NCBI GenBank assembly: GCA_030637655.1
Contig: DAOWGI010000061.1
Location: 1 to 10,936, forward strand
From: a candidate division FCPU426 bacterium
GTDB lineage: Bacteria > Oederibacteriota > JAAXVQ01 > JAUVAV01
Direction of reading: 5' to 3'
Length of the DNA: 10,936 nucleotides
Positions 7,185-10,936 of this stretch are shown piece by piece. Under the pieces are notes generated by a model. That model was given only the letters and a program-made list of their open reading frames with translations, did no database searches and was not told the DNA's origin. Every line of letters starts with the position of its first letter. Position 1 is the stretch's first letter. Both the position numbers and the translations under genes were made by a program.

Positions 7185-7214
7185 TTCAGGGACGGTTCAT
7201 GAACCGTCCCTGAA
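7185..7214. repeat. Perfect 30-bp palindrome, REP-like; may terminate or stabilise the lipoprotein transcript
   Basis: TTCAGGGACGGTTCATGAACCGTCCCTGAA is its own reverse complement and lies 41 nt downstream of the lipoprotein stop. Confidence 0.8.
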
Positions 7215-7255
7215 AATACATCCTATAATTTACTAATTTTACCAGCAGGCCGCAA

Positions 7256-7717
7256 TTACTGCAGAAGACCTTGTAAAAACTGGAAACTTCCATCACCGGA
7301 ACTTGAAGAATCATGCACACCATTATTATATAATGATAATGTCCGGTATGTGTTTGCGCTTCCGGCAGCATATAAAAAGAAACCAGGTGTGGTTATTACA
7401 ACTTCTTTTTCCCAGTAATTCGCGGTTATTCTTTCATATTTCCAAGAATTTCCTTCAACATAATAAATAGCAGTAGCCGTAGTTGTAGTAGAAGCGCTGT
7501 TGACTACATATTTTACATAATGGACGGTTGTAGAGTTTGACGCAGCACTAGCATACATTTTAGACATTTCGTTTGTAAATTCCTGCACCTCAGCCGGCAG
7601 GGATGATTCATTTGAAATTAAAGCCGGGCTTGGCGAAGTGGGGGCACTTTTTCCGCAACCTGCTAGGATAAAAGTTAAAGCTAAAATTGTTAAAAAAACA
7701 GATGTTTGTTTGAACAT
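7256..7717 (-). CDS. Lipoprotein of unknown function
   Basis: Signal peptide II with lipobox LAGC (Cys21), a Ser/Pro linker and a beta-rich C-terminal domain. Strong SD AGGAGG upstream of the ATG. Confidence 0.85.
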   Translation of the reverse strand: MFKQTSVFLTILALTFILAGCGKSAPTSPSPALISNESSLPAEVQEFTNEMSKMYASAASNSTTVHYVKYVVNSASTTTTATAIYYVEGNSWKYERITANYWEKEVVITTPGFFLYAAGSANTYRTLSLYNNGVHDSSSSGDGSFQFLQGLLQ

Positions 7718-7937
7718 TTTTTTCCTCCTAATTTAAATGTTTTTTAAAAACTTTAAACAGCTATTTCATTTTTTCAAAACAACCTCCTTTCTTTTAGCAT
7801 TTTCATTTCTTTGCCAGGTTGAATCACTGCCGTCCAAATTACTCCAACTCTAAATAACCACGATCATTGTCTCGCACAACTGCGATTTTTGTTTGGACAG
7901 GTATGTTACTGAATATACATTAATAAAAATCGTAATA

Positions 7938-7976
7938 TGTCATTCAGGTGTAATAAATGTGTAATAAAACTGTATT
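7938..7976 (+). promoter_or_regulatory. Pho-box-like (OmpR/PhoB-family) direct-repeat array
   Basis: TGTCAT (7938), TGTAAT (7949), TGTAAT (7960) and TGTATT (7971) at an exact 11-bp period in the divergent intergenic region. Confidence 0.45.
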
Positions 7977-8233
7977 GAATGGTTCGCGATTTAATCATTA
8001 CGTTATCAAACTCCGGGCCCGGGAAAAAGATAGCGGGGATATCTTTGATATATTGAAAAGTTTTTTACATGTTCCAGGGAGTGGTTTTGATAAAATTCCA
8101 AACTAGTCCATTCTCAAGCTAAGTATAAATTCCATTCAGACGATAATAGGTTTATCAGCTAAAAATTATGCAAAGAACCCGATGATTTCAATGGGGTCTA
8201 TTGGGATACTAATAAATTACCAGGAGGAAAAGC

Positions 8234-9388
8234 ATGCGGTATTTCCTAAGAATGTTATTGGCCGGCGGACTATTAATTAGCTTGCAAAGTTCAGTATTAG
8301 CCCTGGGGAAGATTCGAATAGTGATGGAAGACAAAGAACCAGAGCATGAAGAACCACTGGTGTATGAAGAAGAACAACCCATTAAAGAAGTCAGAAAAGC
8401 GCCGCCTAAAGTAAAGGTGGAAAAACCCACAAAATCTTTTTCAAAACCAGCACCGAAATCAGAGCGTCTGTGGATTAATGGAATTACCATTGATGGAAAA
8501 ATTATTGTACCAGGTTATTGGCGACCACGTCATAAAGCCGGCTATCAATGGGAAAAAGGTTCTTGGGATAATGAAGATCGTTGGATACCGGGCTATTGGA
8601 AACCAGTAAAAAAGCGTCGTGCCAATCATGCCTGGGTGCCAGGTCATTGGCAAGGCGGTGTTTGGCAGCGTGGTCATTGGCGCAAAGTGAAGCATGCCGG
8701 TTTTCGTTGGATCCCCGGCCATTGGAATAGAAATGGCAAGTGGATTTATGGTCATTGGAAACCGGAAAAGCCACGAAAAGGTTATGTTTGGAGACATGGT
8801 TACTGGAATAAAGATGGTGAATGGGTTAATGGTCAATGGCGGGTGGTTAAACGAATGGGCTATATTTGGGTATCAGGACGTTATGATCGGCAAGGCCGCT
8901 GGGCAGAAGGAAAGTGGAAACCAGTAAGCAAAGGACGTCAATGGGTACCGGGTCATTGGAATAAACGAGGCATTTGGGTTGTAGGTCATTGGCGTGAACG
9001 TGAGCGCCAAGGTCGACAGTGGGTCCCCGGTCATTGGAGTAAACGAGGCGATTGGATTCAAGGCCAATGGAAAAAACAAGCGCGTTCCAAACAAAACCGA
9101 GAATTAAAAACAATTAGCAGAGAACGAAATCCTCAACCCCGGAAAAAGCGTGGCCTAAAAGTTATTGAAGAAAAACAAGCTGAAACCTATTATGAAAAAC
9201 CAGCGCCAAGACGAAAAGACAACTATTCCCATCCAGATGAATCAAAGCAAAAACGATATAAAAGAAAACCAGGGCAAAGAAGTCGATCTGAGCGAAAAAA
9301 ACATTATGAAGAAAATGCCAAAGACGAAGCTGATGATCACCGCTATAAAAAAAACAGAAGTAGAAAAGTAAAAAAACAAAAAAAATAA
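8234..9388 (+). CDS. Secreted WxxGxW (YXWGXW)-repeat protein with a highly charged, basic C-terminal tail
   Basis: SD AGGAGG and a signal peptide ending ...SSVLA. It has 13 canonical W-x-x-G-x-W motifs plus 3 degenerate ones, arranged in pairs, then a K/R/E-rich low-complexity tail. Confidence 0.88.
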   Translation: MRYFLRMLLAGGLLISLQSSVLALGKIRIVMEDKEPEHEEPLVYEEEQPIKEVRKAPPKVKVEKPTKSFSKPAPKSERLWINGITIDGKIIVPGYWRPRHKAGYQWEKGSWDNEDRWIPGYWKPVKKRRANHAWVPGHWQGGVWQRGHWRKVKHAGFRWIPGHWNRNGKWIYGHWKPEKPRKGYVWRHGYWNKDGEWVNGQWRVVKRMGYIWVSGRYDRQGRWAEGKWKPVSKGRQWVPGHWNKRGIWVVGHWRERERQGRQWVPGHWSKRGDWIQGQWKKQARSKQNRELKTISRERNPQPRKKRGLKVIEEKQAETYYEKPAPRRKDNYSHPDESKQKRYKRKPGQRSRSERKKHYEENAKDEADDHRYKKNRSRKVKKQKK

Positions 9389-9510
9389 CCGGAAGAAAAA
9401 GATGATGGTAATGTTGATAAGAAAGATATAGAGAAAAAGAACCCTAAAAAAGAGAAAATAATGAAAAAATTGCAAGCAGAGAGAATGCCGGGTATTTAAC
9501 AATTAAAGTT

Positions 9511-9551
9511 AAAAAAAGAGCGGCACGAGTAATTACGACCGCTCTTTTTTT
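9511..9551. terminator. Bidirectional intrinsic terminator
   Basis: AAAAAAAGAGCGG-N15-CCGCTCTTTTTTT between convergent genes. Confidence 0.8.
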
Positions 9552-9855
9552 ATTGTCATTTAAAAAATAATCCTTAAAAAATCATAAAAATCTACATTAA
9601 CAAAAGGCTTAAATCATCATAACACGGGTCGAAATGGTTTATTTCCACTTCCTTTACATTCACCCCAAATCATTGCTTGCAATAAAAAGATAACCACATT
9701 TCTTTTTTAATTAAATCCCTTGCTTTTTCCAGACTGCCAGTATCTGGAAATAGTGCTTCCACTTGTTCTATTGTCCATTTTTTCACAATCTATACCGCCC
9801 TATATAATCGTAAGCGTCAAATTAACTACAGGTCATCCGATCCCGGAGGCAGATC

Positions 9856-9927
9856 GTGAAAAATGTGTTTTTAAAGTTGTTATCCGGCGTGATATACCCT
9901 GCCTTCAACCTCCCGGATTTTTTTTAG
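9856..9927 (+). CDS. Candidate 23-aa small ORF (MKNVFLKLLSGVIYPAFNLPDFF)
   Basis: GGAGG (9845-49), a 6-nt spacer, GTG (9856) and TAG (9925-27); TATAAT at 9803-9808. No homology evidence. Confidence 0.2.
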   Translation: MKNVFLKLLSGVIYPAFNLPDFF

Positions 9928-9933
9928 CGCAAA

Positions 9934-10935
9934 TTATGGCTCCACCACTGCGATTTTTTGTATACCCAATTCATTACCATCAGCCAGCACACGGACAAGA
10001 TAAATACCGGGCGCAATGGAGCCGCAATCCCAGTCAAGTACCTGGCCTCGCCCAGCGGGCAAGGCACGCGTAATTTGGGTGATCCGCTCACCGGTCAAGT
10101 TATAAATATCCAGATGGACTTCTGCGGCGGTTTCCAGGTGAATCAGAAATTGCATTTGATCCACCGCCGGATTGGGATAGGCCAGCACCGCGTTACCGCC
10201 CAAATCAATATTGCCAAGGGAGTTGGTCGGGGTGGCGCTCGGCGAGGCAGTGGCAGTGGGTGATGGTGTGGCGGTAGGGGTGATGGTGGCTGTCAGGGTG
10301 ATGCTGGGCGTGGCGGTAAAAGTGGTTGAGGCGGTCGCTGTCAAGGTAATGGTGGCTGTCGGGGTTGCAGTCGTCGAAGGTGTTGATGAGGCTGTCGGGG
10401 TAGCGGTTAGAGTAATGGTTGATGTGGCAGTATAAGTCGGCGTAGCTGTTGGTGTAAAGGTCACTGTTGGTGTATTGGTTGGAGACGGTGGCGGCTGGAT
10501 AGCACTATTTAGACAAAACTGGGAGGTATTGTTACTCGTATCGGTTGTGGTCGCGCAGACATATTCACCCACGGAAACAGGCGGTGATAAAAGCGTCCAA
10601 ATGCCTGAACCGTCGGCAGTAACGGATCCCAAATATTTCAGACTGCCGCCTTCGCCGGTTGGCATTGCTTCTGCCAGAAAAACCTCGATATAATCATGGG
10701 GTTGTGCGGTCCCGGCAATCGCAAGCGTATCAGCGGTTGTAATGACAGGTCGGGCCTGGTTGTTATTGGCGCCGCTAGTCTCAATACTGATGCCAATGGT
10801 GCCAAAGGCAGAGATGGTATTGCCGAATATCCCGTTTCGAATTGCGCCACTATTTTGTAAAATGATGCCAGTAACACAATTGGCAATCAGATTGCCTTGT
10901 CCGCTGTTTTTAATTCCGATGAAGTTGTCCGGTGC
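9934..10935 (-). CDS. Large secreted protein, 5'-partial: beta-helix-like repeats, Ig-like domain, long Thr/Pro linker and T9SS type-A-like C-terminal sorting domain
   Basis: The frame stays open from the track's ATG at 10665 to the window edge (APDNFIGIKNSGQGNLIANCVTGIILQNSG...GNTISAFGTIGISIETSGANNNQARPVIT...IEVFLA). A TATPT-rich linker of roughly 90 aa follows. CTD reads LAYPNP...IYNLTGE...WD...APGIYLVRV...KIAVVEP. Confidence 0.88.
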   Translation of the reverse strand, partial: APDNFIGIKNSGQGNLIANCVTGIILQNSGAIRNGIFGNTISAFGTIGISIETSGANNNQARPVITTADTLAIAGTAQPHDYIEVFLAEAMPTGEGGSLKYLGSVTADGSGIWTLLSPPVSVGEYVCATTTDTSNNTSQFCLNSAIQPPPSPTNTPTVTFTPTATPTYTATSTITLTATPTASSTPSTTATPTATITLTATASTTFTATPSITLTATITPTATPSPTATASPSATPTNSLGNIDLGGNAVLAYPNPAVDQMQFLIHLETAAEVHLDIYNLTGERITQITRALPAGRGQVLDWDCGSIAPGIYLVRVLADGNELGIQKIAVVEP

Positions 10936-10936
10936 A

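Noticed and set aside
5012-7256. Integron cassette array (co-oriented minus-strand genes separated by hairpins)
   Set aside because: No RYYYAAC...GTTRRRY attC core pairs were found at the gene ends, and there is no integrase in the window.
8209-9502. Antisense and alternate-frame ORFs over the WxxGxW gene
   Set aside because: They are by-products of the repetitive and A-rich coding sequence.
9720-10886. ORFs 9720-10073, 9958-10263, 10211-10435, 10475-10693 and 10638-10886
   Set aside because: They overlap the large minus-strand CDS; the Val/Ala/Gly-rich one is simply the antisense of the Thr/Pro linker.

Overview
Bacterial accessory region from a diderm organism, dominated by cell-envelope genes. 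Left, minus strand: an apparent operon of an unannotated 61-codon C-terminal-domain (CTD) remnant, a PorV/PorQ-like beta-barrel fused to Ig-like domains and an OmpA domain, and a secreted Thr/Pro-linker protein with a FlgD-Ig/T9SS-like CTD. Middle: a signal-less papain-family (C1) cysteine peptidase, a membrane-anchored GyrI-like protein, a DUF6544-like protein, a lipoprotein and a secreted WxxGxW-repeat protein whose frame continues 36 codons past its stop. Right: the 3' part of a large secreted beta-helix-like protein with a Thr/Pro linker and a T9SS type-A-like CTD. Intergenic regions hold a MITE-like element with a nested palindrome, REP-like palindromes, a Pho-box-like array and terminators. 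The best candidate for a little-described system is the T9SS-like cargo/PorV-OmpA module. Family assignments come from motif recognition by eye; no database search was run. No rRNA, tRNA, CRISPR array or transposase was seen.
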